Part shown: positions 16,052 through 24,488 of the stretch, in pieces
Layout of the letters: the number at the start of each line of letters is the position of its first letter
Position numbering within the stretch: position 1 is the first letter of the stretch
NCBI GenBank assembly: GCA_965208805.1
Contig: OZ242355.1
Coordinates: forward strand, 2,760,982 to 2,824,981
Source: Acidimicrobiales bacterium
GTDB taxonomy: Bacteria > Actinomycetota > Acidimicrobiia > Acidimicrobiales > Bin134
Length of the DNA stretch: 64,000 bases
Direction: 5' to 3'
Position numbers and translations under genes: made by a program
Notes under the pieces: model-generated
What the model saw: only the letters and a program-made list of their open reading frames with translations
The model's database searches: none
What the model was told of the DNA's origin: nothing

Positions 16052-16486
16052 ATGACCGATTCGTTGACCGGACGGTGTATGTGCGGGGCCGTGACCTATG
16101 TGATCGACGGCCCGGCCCGGGACGTATGGAACTGCCATTGTGTGCGGTGTCGGCAGTGGACGGGGCACTTCACCGCGGCCACCGGCTGCCGACACGACCA
16201 CCTTCGCCTGATCACCGAAGACACGCTGGAGTGGTACCACCCCGAAGAATGGCCCGATGTGGCCTACGGTTTCTGCCGACGCTGCGGGAGCTCGCTGTTC
16301 TGGAAGGTGGTCGCCGTGCCTCCCGGAGAGTCGGAGCAACAACTAGACCACATTGCGATCTGGGCCGGAACCCTCGACGCACCCACTGGGCTGTCGACTG
16401 AGTTGGCGATATACGCCGAGGAGGCCTCCGACTACCACACGCTCGACACCAGCATCGAGACCCACCCCCGCGACCAGCCGAGTTAA
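16052..16486 (+). CDS. GFA (glutathione-dependent formaldehyde-activating)/CENP-V family protein
   Basis: 144 aa with AAAGGAG upstream. The zinc-cysteine pattern is GRCMCGAV...CHCVRCRQWTG...FCRRCGSSLFW. Confidence 0.8.
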   Translation: MTDSLTGRCMCGAVTYVIDGPARDVWNCHCVRCRQWTGHFTAATGCRHDHLRLITEDTLEWYHPEEWPDVAYGFCRRCGSSLFWKVVAVPPGESEQQLDHIAIWAGTLDAPTGLSTELAIYAEEASDYHTLDTSIETHPRDQPS

Positions 16487-16503
16487 GTGATCGCTGTTGA
16501 TCG

Positions 16504-16794
16504 TCAAGCAGAAACGACCTCTTCAGACACTTCGGAGCGACCGTATCGCTGGCGAGCGGCTTCCCCTGAAGTGCCCAGCATCGCACCAATTGCGGCCCAT
16601 GAATGCCCATCACGGCGAGCCAGTGCTACGGCTTCACCCAGCTGCCGCTCAGCTTCGGCCCGTGCTCGAAATGCGGCATAAACCGTCCTGAGCGCCGTGG
16701 CATCTTTCACGTTGGCCTCAACAGGCTCATGCTGCTCGAACCGTGTAGCCAGTTCTTCAGCCTGGTCCAGTATTTCCTGCATTGTTCGCGGCAT
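16504..16794 (-). CDS. Small HTH protein, putative antitoxin
   Basis: 96 aa. It has a C-terminal HTH-like segment (GHSWAAIGAMLGTSGEAARQRYG) and overlaps the upstream small ORF 16757..17023 on the same strand. Confidence 0.45.
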   Translation of the reverse strand: MPRTMQEILDQAEELATRFEQHEPVEANVKDATALRTVYAAFRARAEAERQLGEAVALARRDGHSWAAIGAMLGTSGEAARQRYGRSEVSEEVVSA

Positions 16795-17023
16795 TACCTA
16801 ATCCAAGATGCCTCGGGCGGGCTGGCATCGCATGAACGATGGCCGGTCCGCTGTCACTGTCAATCACACCCACCTCAAGTAGATTCCCAGAGAGGTCAGG
16901 GCCAACAAACATGGTGGAGCCCTCGTCGAGGCTCTCAATTCGAATCGGATTGCGAAGCACGTGGATCATGCTGTCTTCTCGAATTCCATGCCGCCTGGCA
17001 CTAGGTGCTACTACAGGAATCAT
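16757..17023 (-). CDS. Small protein, putative BrnT-like toxin (tentative)
   Basis: 88 aa. ARRHGIREDSMIHVLRNP ... LLEVGVIDSDSGPAIVHAMPARPRHL loosely recalls BrnT/DUF497 (KHGV..E ... IISAR). The toxin-first gene order matches BrnTA. This is a weak, pattern-only call. Confidence 0.4.
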   Translation of the reverse strand: MIPVVAPSARRHGIREDSMIHVLRNPIRIESLDEGSTMFVGPDLSGNLLEVGVIDSDSGPAIVHAMPARPRHLGLGNAANNAGNTGPG

Positions 17024-17195
17024 AGTCTAGCAAGTTAGCTTGTGATCCATGCCGCTAGGACCTCCGGATGTGGACAAGGGGCAGAGAACCGACAGGCTCC
17101 TCGCATCGATCCCAAGTGGATTCCCAGTAGTACTATTTCAGTATATTACAATATTTTTCAATATAGCAACATTCCAGCAGAAGAATATTTTCGCT

Positions 17196-17212
17196 GTTCC
17201 GTATCGTGGAAC
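17196..17212. promoter_or_regulatory. Single palindromic operator-like site upstream of the IclR gene
   Basis: GTTCCGTATCGTGGAAC, the same GkTCCr-N5-yGGwAC form as the sites at 9796 and 22440. It ends 28 nt before the ATG at 17241 and follows an unusually AT-rich tract. Confidence 0.45.
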
Positions 17213-17240
17213 GGTTTTGTTTGCGGGGTAGTCTGCGGAT

Positions 17241-17984
17241 ATGGCGGTGCAGTCGGTTGAGCGGGCGTTTTTGCTTCTGCGAACCCTGGCGCAGGGGCCA
17301 TTGGGGGTAACCGAACTCGCCGATCACGTGGAGCTGCCCAAGAGCACGGTGGCCCGGTTGCTGTCCGCGCTCGAGGCTGAGAACGCGGTGGAACAAGTCG
17401 AGGCCGGCGGGGCCTACCGAGTGGGGCCCGGTCTGATCGACATTGCCGGCGCAGTCCCCGCGGGCCGCAACCTCATAACCGCCGCCCGCCCCCACCTATT
17501 GGAGTTGACCGAAGCGACGGGGGAAGCGGCCGGCCTGTCGATCATCGACAACGGCCGGGCCCATTACCTGGACCAAACCCAGATCTCCTCCGACATCCAA
17601 ATCAGAGACTGGACCGGCGAGTACACCCCGCTGCATGTGGTGGCCGCGGGGCTGGTCATGCTGGCCCACCTCCCCGCCGATCAGCAGGATGAATTCCTTG
17701 CCCAACCGCTTGAGGTCTGCACCCAGTGGACCGTTGTCGACCCCGACGCGATACGAGATCGCCTGGTCCAGATCCGCAGTCTGGGATATGCCTGGGTTTA
17801 TGAAGAATTTGTGGAGGACCTGAACTCGGTGGCCGCTCCCGTGCTCGACGCGGACGGACAACCGCTCGCCGCCCTCCACGTCCACGGACCGGCCTACCGC
17901 TTCCCCGATCCCGACCTGGCCCACGACCACGGCCTGGCTGTGGTGGCCGCCGCCAATCGCCTCGCCGCCCAGCTCTCCGCCTAA
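17241..17984 (+). CDS. IclR-family transcriptional regulator
   Basis: 247 aa. It has an N-terminal wHTH (SVERAFLLLRTLAQGPLGVTELADHVELPKSTVARLLSALE) followed by an IclR effector-binding domain pattern. Confidence 0.9.
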   Translation: MAVQSVERAFLLLRTLAQGPLGVTELADHVELPKSTVARLLSALEAENAVEQVEAGGAYRVGPGLIDIAGAVPAGRNLITAARPHLLELTEATGEAAGLSIIDNGRAHYLDQTQISSDIQIRDWTGEYTPLHVVAAGLVMLAHLPADQQDEFLAQPLEVCTQWTVVDPDAIRDRLVQIRSLGYAWVYEEFVEDLNSVAAPVLDADGQPLAALHVHGPAYRFPDPDLAHDHGLAVVAAANRLAAQLSA

Positions 17985-18040
17985 CTGCTGTCTCCTGCAA
18001 CAAGGGCTGCTGAACCCACCGGCAGGCAAAAGACCCGAGA

Positions 18041-19021
18041 TCAGGCTCGGCGGCGCTTGATCTCCTCGGAGATGGCGGGGATGACCTCGTGGAGGTCGGC
18101 GATGACGGCCCAGTCGGCCTTGACCACCATGTTGGCTTCGGGGTCGATGTTGATGGCCAGGATGTGCTTGCTGGCCTTGGCCCCCACCCAGTGCTGGATT
18201 GCGCCGGAGATGCCCGAGGCGATGTAGATCTCAGGGGTGATGCGGGTGCCGGTCTGGCCCACTTGGTCGGAGTGGGGGCGCCAGCCGTTGTTGGTCACTG
18301 CCCGGCTGCAACCCACCCGGCCGCCCAGCATGGCGGCCAGCTCCTCCAGGGGAGCGAATGCCTCGGCCGATCCCACTCCCCGGCCGCCGCCGATCACCAC
18401 CGGAGCAGTCGACAGGGTGACCCCGGCTTCCAGCACCACCCGGTCTTTGACCATGGTTCGGGCCAGCGACGGGTCCAAGTCGACCTCGACCGCTTGGGCG
18501 ACGGGCGCATTGGCGGCCTCAGCCCGCTCAGCGGCCAGCGTGTGCAGGCCGGTGGTCAACAGGGGCCGCTCGGAGTCCAGCTGGGCATCTTCCAGTAGTG
18601 ACCCGCCCCACTGCTGGCGGGTCATGGTCCACTCCCCCGCTGTGCCGTCGGGGTCTACTTCGAGACAGTTGGCCACCATCGGAAGATCGAGGCGGGCGGC
18701 CACCTGGGCCATGACCTCGTTGCCTCGCTCGCTGCCTCCAGCCAACACCGCCGCCGGATTGAGCTGTCGAATCATCTCGGCCGCGGCCTCGCCCCAGGCC
18801 TCGGGGCCGAAATCGGCCAGCACGTCGCTGACCACGGTGTAAACCGCCTCAGCGCCGAAGGCCCCGGCTTCGGCCACCAGATCGGCGTCGTCGCCGCCGA
18901 TCAGCGCAGCATGCAGCGGCACTCCCATCTGGGCGGCCAGGCCGCGCCCGAAGGTCAGCGCCTCCCGGGCGGCCTCGTCCATGGTGCCCCGGTCGTGCTC
19001 CAGCACCACCAGCAGCATCAC
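18041..19021 (-). CDS. etfA: Electron transfer flavoprotein, alpha subunit
   Basis: 326 aa. The C-terminal FAD-binding signature is PEIYIASGISGAIQHWVGAKASKHILAINIDPEA. It overlaps etfB by 4 nt. Confidence 0.9.
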   Translation of the reverse strand: MMLLVVLEHDRGTMDEAAREALTFGRGLAAQMGVPLHAALIGGDDADLVAEAGAFGAEAVYTVVSDVLADFGPEAWGEAAAEMIRQLNPAAVLAGGSERGNEVMAQVAARLDLPMVANCLEVDPDGTAGEWTMTRQQWGGSLLEDAQLDSERPLLTTGLHTLAAERAEAANAPVAQAVEVDLDPSLARTMVKDRVVLEAGVTLSTAPVVIGGGRGVGSAEAFAPLEELAAMLGGRVGCSRAVTNNGWRPHSDQVGQTGTRITPEIYIASGISGAIQHWVGAKASKHILAINIDPEANMVVKADWAVIADLHEVIPAISEEIKRRRA

Positions 19022-19794
19022 AGCACACCCAACTCTTCGAGCACGTCCACCACTGCGGCGGCTGCCTCGGGGCTGTTGCCCAAGAGCTCCGTCTCGGTGA
19101 CCGTTTCCCGGGGCCTGTGCAACCGCACCAGCGACTGCCCGCCGGGCTGGGCGTCGGAGTTCAACTCGGCGATCTCCAGCTTCTTGGACGCCAGCCGTCC
19201 CCGCATGGTCGGATACCGAGGCAGGTTGATGCCCTCCTTGACCCCGACGGCCGCGGGCATGGGCAGCTCGTAGACCTCAAACCCGCCGTCGATTTCCCTT
19301 CGGGCCCGAACCACGCCGCCGTCGTTCTCGGCGTCCACCTCGATGCCCTTGATGCCGTTGACAATGGGGCGGCCCAGGGCGTAGGCCACCCGCACCCCCA
19401 CTTGAAAGCCCCCCGAGTCGGCTGACTCGTTGCCGAACACCAAAAGGTCGAAGGGGCCCTCGGCGGCCTCCAAGCCCTGGATGGCCTCGGTGAGCGCGGC
19501 GGCGGTGCGCTGGGGGTCCCAGGCCGAGCCGTCGGTGGCCACCAGCACGCCGTGATGGGCCCCCACCGATGCGGCATAGCGCAGCTGATCGGCGGCCTCC
19601 GAGGGTCCGAGGGTCAGCACCGTCACCTCGCCACCGTGGCGCTCGGCGAGCTGCACTGCCTCTTCTACACCGCACTCCTCATGGGGGCTGGTGGCAAAGC
19701 CCAGGTGGGTAGCGTCCACGGCCAAGCCATCGGCGGTCACGTTGATCTTGGCCCCCGGTGCTGCCACCCGCTTCACACAGCACAAGATCCTCAT
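19018..19794 (-). CDS. etfB: Electron transfer flavoprotein, beta subunit
   Basis: 258 aa. MRILCCVKRV... and LLVFGNESADSGGFQVG are typical EtfB blocks. It lies directly downstream of the dehydrogenase gene. Confidence 0.9.
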   Translation of the reverse strand: MRILCCVKRVAAPGAKINVTADGLAVDATHLGFATSPHEECGVEEAVQLAERHGGEVTVLTLGPSEAADQLRYAASVGAHHGVLVATDGSAWDPQRTAAALTEAIQGLEAAEGPFDLLVFGNESADSGGFQVGVRVAYALGRPIVNGIKGIEVDAENDGGVVRARREIDGGFEVYELPMPAAVGVKEGINLPRYPTMRGRLASKKLEIAELNSDAQPGGQSLVRLHRPRETVTETELLGNSPEAAAAVVDVLEELGVL

Positions 19795-19798
19795 GGCA

Positions 19799-22330
19799 TC
19801 AGCTCCTCAGACGGGAGTCGTCGGGATCGAACACCGCGCCGGTGCTGGCCACCTTCACCGGGAACAGCTCATTCATGTACATCACCTGGAGGTCGGTGCC
19901 CGGCTGGGCCAACTCGGCGGGGAGGTAGGCCATCAGCAGGTGCTTGCCCACCGACGGCCCCGGCCCCGCGGTGGTCACCCGCGACACCCGCCCGTGGGAG
20001 TCGGTGATCCGCTGGCCGTCCTGAGTCAGGATCGGCTCGTTGCCCCCCTGCATGTAGCGCTTGCGGCCCTGGCCGTCGGTCAAGTCCTCCACGGTGAGCA
20101 CGCACATCGACACCTCGGGGTCGCCCAACTCCCGGGCGGCCAGGTAGGGCTCCTTGCCGATGAACGGCGCGGCCTTCACCTTGGGCCGGGCCAGGCCGGC
20201 CTCCAGCGGGTTGTACTCGCTCTCCAGTTCGGCCCCCATGAGCCGGTAGCCCTTCTCCAGGCGTCCGGAGGTGCCGTACACCCCGCCGCCGGTGGGGCGC
20301 AGCCCGTAGTCGGCCCCCACCTCCATGAGGGCATCCCACAGCACCGGGCCGTCGTCCCAGGCGGCGTAGATCTCCCAGCCGGTGTCGCCCACATAGGAGA
20401 TGCGGAACAGCACAGCCTCAATGGTGCGACCCCCGCAGTTCAGCTCCACGTCCACCAGCGAGCCGTAGGGCGATCCGGCCTGGCTGAGGTCTTGACTGGT
20501 AAGCGCCCCGATCACGTGGGGGGCGTTGGGCCCCCACACCCCAAGGGTGGTGACATGGTCGGTGATGTTGGCGAAGCTCACCGAGCCATCAGTGGGCATG
20601 TGACGACGGGCCCAGAACTCGTCGCGGCCGCCGTCGAACACGCCGGTCACGATGCGCACCCGGTCTGTGCCCATCCGCATCATGGTCAGATCGGAGTGGA
20701 ACCCACCGTCGGGGGTCAGCCACGGGGTGTAGATACTGCGGCCCACCGGCACGTCCACCTTGTTCACCGCCAGATAGTCGGCGTAGGCCACCGCGCCGGG
20801 CCCGGTCAGCTCGAAAATCTGGAAGGCGCTCAAGTCCACCATTCCGCAGTTCTCCCGCAGGTTGAGGTGCTCGGCAATGGTGATGGGGCTCCACCACCGG
20901 GCGTCCCACTCCACCTCCCGGCCCTCCACCTCGTAGCGGTCCACCAGATCGGCGTTCGACTCGAACCACTGGGGCCGCTCCCAGGTGCGGGCCTGGAAGA
21001 AATCGGCCCCCAGATCCTGCTGGCGGGAGAAGTAGGGGCTCACCCGGAGGTTGCGGCGGCTCTCCCACTGCTCTTGGGGATGGACGATGCCGTAGGTCTT
21101 GTTGAAGTGCTCTGCTGATCGAGCCCAGATGTGGTCGTCGCCCCGCTCCTCGGGATAGAAGCGGGACACATCCGCGCCGTGGACATCGATCACCCGGGGA
21201 TAGCCGAAGGTCATCCACTCGGCCACCACCTGGGCCATGCCCGGCCCCTCCTTCACCCAGATGGCTGCGGCCGACCACAGGTTGCGGACCTCGGGCAGCT
21301 CCCCCAGGCACGGCATGGCGTCGGGGGTGAGCGACAGCAGCCCGTTGATGGCGTACTTGATCTCGGCGTCGCCCAGCATGTCCATGAGGTCGATGGCCTG
21401 CTCCATCTGGAGGTCGAAGTCGTCGGGGGTGAACGGCATCTCGGTGGGTGAGAGCGCGGCCTCCTCGTTGGAGGGGATCTCGTCGGGGTGGTGGAAGATG
21501 GGCCGGTGGGCGTACGACCCCACCTCCATCGACCCGGCCGACTGGCGCTCGTAGCAGAAGGTGTCCATGTCCCGCACGATGGGATAGCCGATCTCGCTGT
21601 TGGTCTCGGCCAGGATGTCGAGCGGGCCGACGTCGGCCATCTGATGCACAGCGGGAACCAGCGGGATGTAGGCATCGGCCATGTTGGCCACCCTGTTCGA
21701 CCACACGCCGCAGGCGATCACCACGTACTCGGTCTCGATAGTGCCCTTGTCGGTGACCACCGCTTTGACGGTGCGGTCTCCGGGGTTGGGGCCGTCCTCG
21801 GTGATGATGTCGAGCACCTCGGTATTGGCCGCCACATGGCAGCCCCCGTTCACCGCCACATTGCGCATCTGAGTGCCGGTCTCCAGCGAATCCACCACCG
21901 ACACCGTGGGACAGTAGAAGCCCTCCAAAACGATGTCGGTGTTGACGAACGGCACCAGTTCCTTGACCTCCTCGGGGGTCAGCAGGTGGGCCTCTATACC
22001 CCACGCGGTGGCCGAGGTCATGCGCCGTTTGAGCTCGTCGACGCGCTCATGCGTGCGGGCCACCTCGACGCCGCCGGAGTCCACCGAGAGCCCCAGGTCG
22101 CGGTATTGGTTGGCGCTCTGCTCCCCCAGCAGGCACATCTCCTTGTTGTGGTCCACCGGGAAGATGAAGTTGGAGGCGTGGCCGGTGGAACCGCCGGGAT
22201 TGGGCAACGGGCCCTTGTCCAGCAGGACCAGATCGGTCCAGCCCAGCTTGCTCAGGTGTCCGACCAGGCAGTTGCCCACGATTCCCGCGCCGATAACAAC
22301 GCACTTGGCCTTTTCGGGGACCTCAGCCAT
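19799..22330 (-). CDS. FAD-dependent dimethylglycine/sarcosine dehydrogenase-like oxidoreductase with C-terminal GcvT (folate-binding) domain, paralogue 1
   Basis: ATG at 22330 preceded by GGAGGCAGGAC. It has the dinucleotide fold KCVVIGAGIVG and the C-terminal aminomethyltransferase-like block FRISYVGDTGWEIY. 843 aa from this start. Confidence 0.85.
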   Translation of the reverse strand: MAEVPEKAKCVVIGAGIVGNCLVGHLSKLGWTDLVLLDKGPLPNPGGSTGHASNFIFPVDHNKEMCLLGEQSANQYRDLGLSVDSGGVEVARTHERVDELKRRMTSATAWGIEAHLLTPEEVKELVPFVNTDIVLEGFYCPTVSVVDSLETGTQMRNVAVNGGCHVAANTEVLDIITEDGPNPGDRTVKAVVTDKGTIETEYVVIACGVWSNRVANMADAYIPLVPAVHQMADVGPLDILAETNSEIGYPIVRDMDTFCYERQSAGSMEVGSYAHRPIFHHPDEIPSNEEAALSPTEMPFTPDDFDLQMEQAIDLMDMLGDAEIKYAINGLLSLTPDAMPCLGELPEVRNLWSAAAIWVKEGPGMAQVVAEWMTFGYPRVIDVHGADVSRFYPEERGDDHIWARSAEHFNKTYGIVHPQEQWESRRNLRVSPYFSRQQDLGADFFQARTWERPQWFESNADLVDRYEVEGREVEWDARWWSPITIAEHLNLRENCGMVDLSAFQIFELTGPGAVAYADYLAVNKVDVPVGRSIYTPWLTPDGGFHSDLTMMRMGTDRVRIVTGVFDGGRDEFWARRHMPTDGSVSFANITDHVTTLGVWGPNAPHVIGALTSQDLSQAGSPYGSLVDVELNCGGRTIEAVLFRISYVGDTGWEIYAAWDDGPVLWDALMEVGADYGLRPTGGGVYGTSGRLEKGYRLMGAELESEYNPLEAGLARPKVKAAPFIGKEPYLAARELGDPEVSMCVLTVEDLTDGQGRKRYMQGGNEPILTQDGQRITDSHGRVSRVTTAGPGPSVGKHLLMAYLPAELAQPGTDLQVMYMNELFPVKVASTGAVFDPDDSRLRS

Positions 22331-22439
22331 GTCCTGCCTCCATCGCTTCCACCGTGCGGACCTTGCTCGACTTATCGTCAATCATGATGCCCAACTCGCT
22401 TCCTCAACAGGCCGTGCTGCCTGCAAGTATTGCACTTCT

Positions 22440-22474
22440 GGTCCGTATTATGGTACAGTTCCGTTATGCGGAAC
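22440..22474. promoter_or_regulatory. Double palindromic operator-like site in the dehydrogenase / MetF-like divergent promoter
   Basis: GGTCCGTATTATGGTAC-A-GTTCCGTTATGCGGAAC, two 17-mers with a 1-nt spacer. The second is a perfect 6+5+6 palindrome and contains the ATG at 22466. Its reverse complement aligns 26/35 with 9796-9830. Confidence 0.5.
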
Positions 22475-23350
22475 GACTCGGCCAGTCTATCGCGGTGGGA
22501 GGAGCCCCAACCGACCGGTCCGAATCCCGACGTTCAGCAGCTTATTCGCAGCGCGGTCTTCGAGATCATTCCCCTGAACAGCGCCCCAGAAGCCATCGAT
22601 GCACTGCCCCCGAATTCAAGGGTTTCGGTCACCGCATCGGCCACCAAAGGCCAAAACGCCACGCTAGATCTGGCCGAAGAGCTGATCAAGCGGGGCCACC
22701 ATGCCATCCCCCATTTCTCGGCCCGTTTGATGAGGGACCACGGCCAAGTCAGGGACCTGGCCGACTGGGCCAAGGGCAACGGCGTGACCACCGCCTTCGT
22801 GATCGGCGGGGATGCCACCGAGCCGGGTGCCTACCACGATGCCCACAGTTTCATGAAGGACCTGTTCGAGCACGACCACGGCCTCGACGCGGTTGGAGTG
22901 GCGGCCTATCCCGACGGCCACCTCCTCATCGGCGAGGACGTGCGCCGCAGCGCCTTGTTCGCCAAGCAGGAGCTGCTGACCAAGGCCAACCTGCGCGGCT
23001 ATTGCAGCACCCAGATGTGCTTCGATCCGGCCAAGATCATCGCCTGGCTCAAGGCCGAGCGCCGCGACGGACTGACGCTGCCAGTTCATCTGGGCATCCC
23101 TGGCGCAGTGGAACGCACCAAGCTGCTCACCATCGGCGCCCGCCTCGGCGTCGGCCAGTCGCTTCGCTACCTCCGCAAGAACCGCCGCTCCATGGCCAAG
23201 CTGCTGGGCTCCTCAGCCCACGATTCCTCCGACCTGCTAGAGGCTCTCAGCAGCCAGCTCGCTCCCCTGGGCATCGACGGTCTGCACATATTCACCTTCA
23301 ACCAGGTAGCCACCACCGCCGCCTGGCGCCGCGCCCTCCTCCACGGCTGA
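22466..23350 (+). CDS. Methylenetetrahydrofolate reductase (MetF-family) like protein
   Basis: Frame of ORF 22430..23350, with the ATG at 22466 preferred. FEIIPLNSAPEAIDALP ... HFSARLMRD ... AYPDGH ... FCFD ... HLGIPG ... LHIFTFNQV follow the MTHFR barrel pattern. The start is uncertain. Confidence 0.75.
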   Translation: MRNDSASLSRWEEPQPTGPNPDVQQLIRSAVFEIIPLNSAPEAIDALPPNSRVSVTASATKGQNATLDLAEELIKRGHHAIPHFSARLMRDHGQVRDLADWAKGNGVTTAFVIGGDATEPGAYHDAHSFMKDLFEHDHGLDAVGVAAYPDGHLLIGEDVRRSALFAKQELLTKANLRGYCSTQMCFDPAKIIAWLKAERRDGLTLPVHLGIPGAVERTKLLTIGARLGVGQSLRYLRKNRRSMAKLLGSSAHDSSDLLEALSSQLAPLGIDGLHIFTFNQVATTAAWRRALLHG

Positions 23351-23380
23351 ACCACTCCCCCGCCCGGCTGTCCCAACTGC

Positions 23381-23686
23381 TCAGGGGCGCTCTTCAACCT
23401 TGAGCAGAGAGTTGCCCGCATCCCTTCGTGCAGCATCCAGTCCGAACAGCTTTCTGGCGGATTTTCTTGCCCATGCCGCGAGAATGCCGCGATATCCGCC
23501 TCTGCTCCACCGGACAGCAGACTCTCGCCATCGGGGTGCATGAGTGTCCAAGTATGCAGCTACCTCAAGTGTGCGGAATGTGCTGCCGAAATAGCTGTCG
23601 TTTCGGCTGCGTGCCTCTTCCAAGTTTGGGAGCGCATTGCCATCCGCGAACTCCCAGCTCATGGAGTCCAAGTGCGATCTCAGCAA
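23381..23686 (-). CDS. Hypothetical protein
   Basis: 101-aa ORF in a lower-GC islet. No motif was recognised. Coding status rests only on ORF length and non-repetitive composition. Confidence 0.3.
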   Translation of the reverse strand: MLRSHLDSMSWEFADGNALPNLEEARSRNDSYFGSTFRTLEVAAYLDTHAPRWRESAVRWSRGGYRGILAAWARKSARKLFGLDAARRDAGNSLLKVEERP

Positions 23687-23839
23687 GTTGTACTACTGCA
23701 TTCCCCTCCAGTGGTTGGGGGGCCTCCACTGGCGCTCTCTGAGATAGTTTCCCTTCCTCTTAGTGCGCCCACTTAGGGCCTGTTGACAAATTGATCAAAC
23801 AATTGACAATAAGTGGCGTGCTGGAGTGCTTGCGGGTGC

Positions 23840-24241
23840 TTAGTGACGGCGCAGCCTTCTTCCGTGATCGATGTGCATTCTGCGGCGGCGATCCTCCCGA
23901 TAGGGACGGGTCTGCTCCATTACGAGGGGGACCACTGGCGCGAGCAATATGGCGAGGCCGGATATTTCCATCGCCGGGTTATTGGAATACAGGCCGACCA
24001 GATACAGCGGTATGGCACCGGCCCCGATCACCACCCTTACTGGACGCGTCCACAGCCGTTGTACTCTGGCCAGCACCGTGGGTTTGTAGTTGGGTGCCCA
24101 GCGCCGCTTCGCGGTTACGGCGACCGCGATGGCGAGTGCTATGCCGATGGCCCCGGAGAGGATGATGGGATCGCTGGTAGCGAGCAGCAGGGCTGCGACG
24201 AGCACCCACGGCAGCGCCGCGGCAATTTTCCTGCGCTTCAT
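23840..24241 (-). CDS. Hypothetical membrane protein
   Basis: From the ATG at 24241: MKRRKIAAALPWVLVAALLLATSDPIILSGAIGIALAIAVAV... with 3-4 predicted hydrophobic helices. No family was recognised. Confidence 0.4.
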   Translation of the reverse strand: MKRRKIAAALPWVLVAALLLATSDPIILSGAIGIALAIAVAVTAKRRWAPNYKPTVLARVQRLWTRPVRVVIGAGAIPLYLVGLYSNNPAMEISGLAILLAPVVPLVMEQTRPYREDRRRRMHIDHGRRLRRH

Positions 24242-24271
24242 CGGGAGTTCAACCGATCGTTTCCACACGTG

Positions 24272-24436
24272 ACAATGTACCAGCCGGACAATCTTGTGCT
24301 TCTCTGCCACGACTGCCACCACAAGGTCCACCACCGCCGCTGGGAAGTTGAAAAACACCCCGAAACCCGACGCAACTATCTCCGACCACCCTGGCAACAA
24401 CCCCCAACAGTGCCAACACCCACCCTCAGGCTCTGA
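24272..24436 (+). pseudogene. HNH endonuclease 3' fragment
   Basis: The tail of ORF 23813..24436 reads PDNLVLLCHDCHHKVHHRRWEV..., the C-terminal half of an HNH motif. The upstream part of the ORF is antisense to the membrane gene and shows no HNH N-terminal half. Confidence 0.5.
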
Positions 24437-24488
24437 TCTCCAGACGACCGCCTGTCCAAGGTGGTCGGAGCGACGGCTCGCCCAAAAC

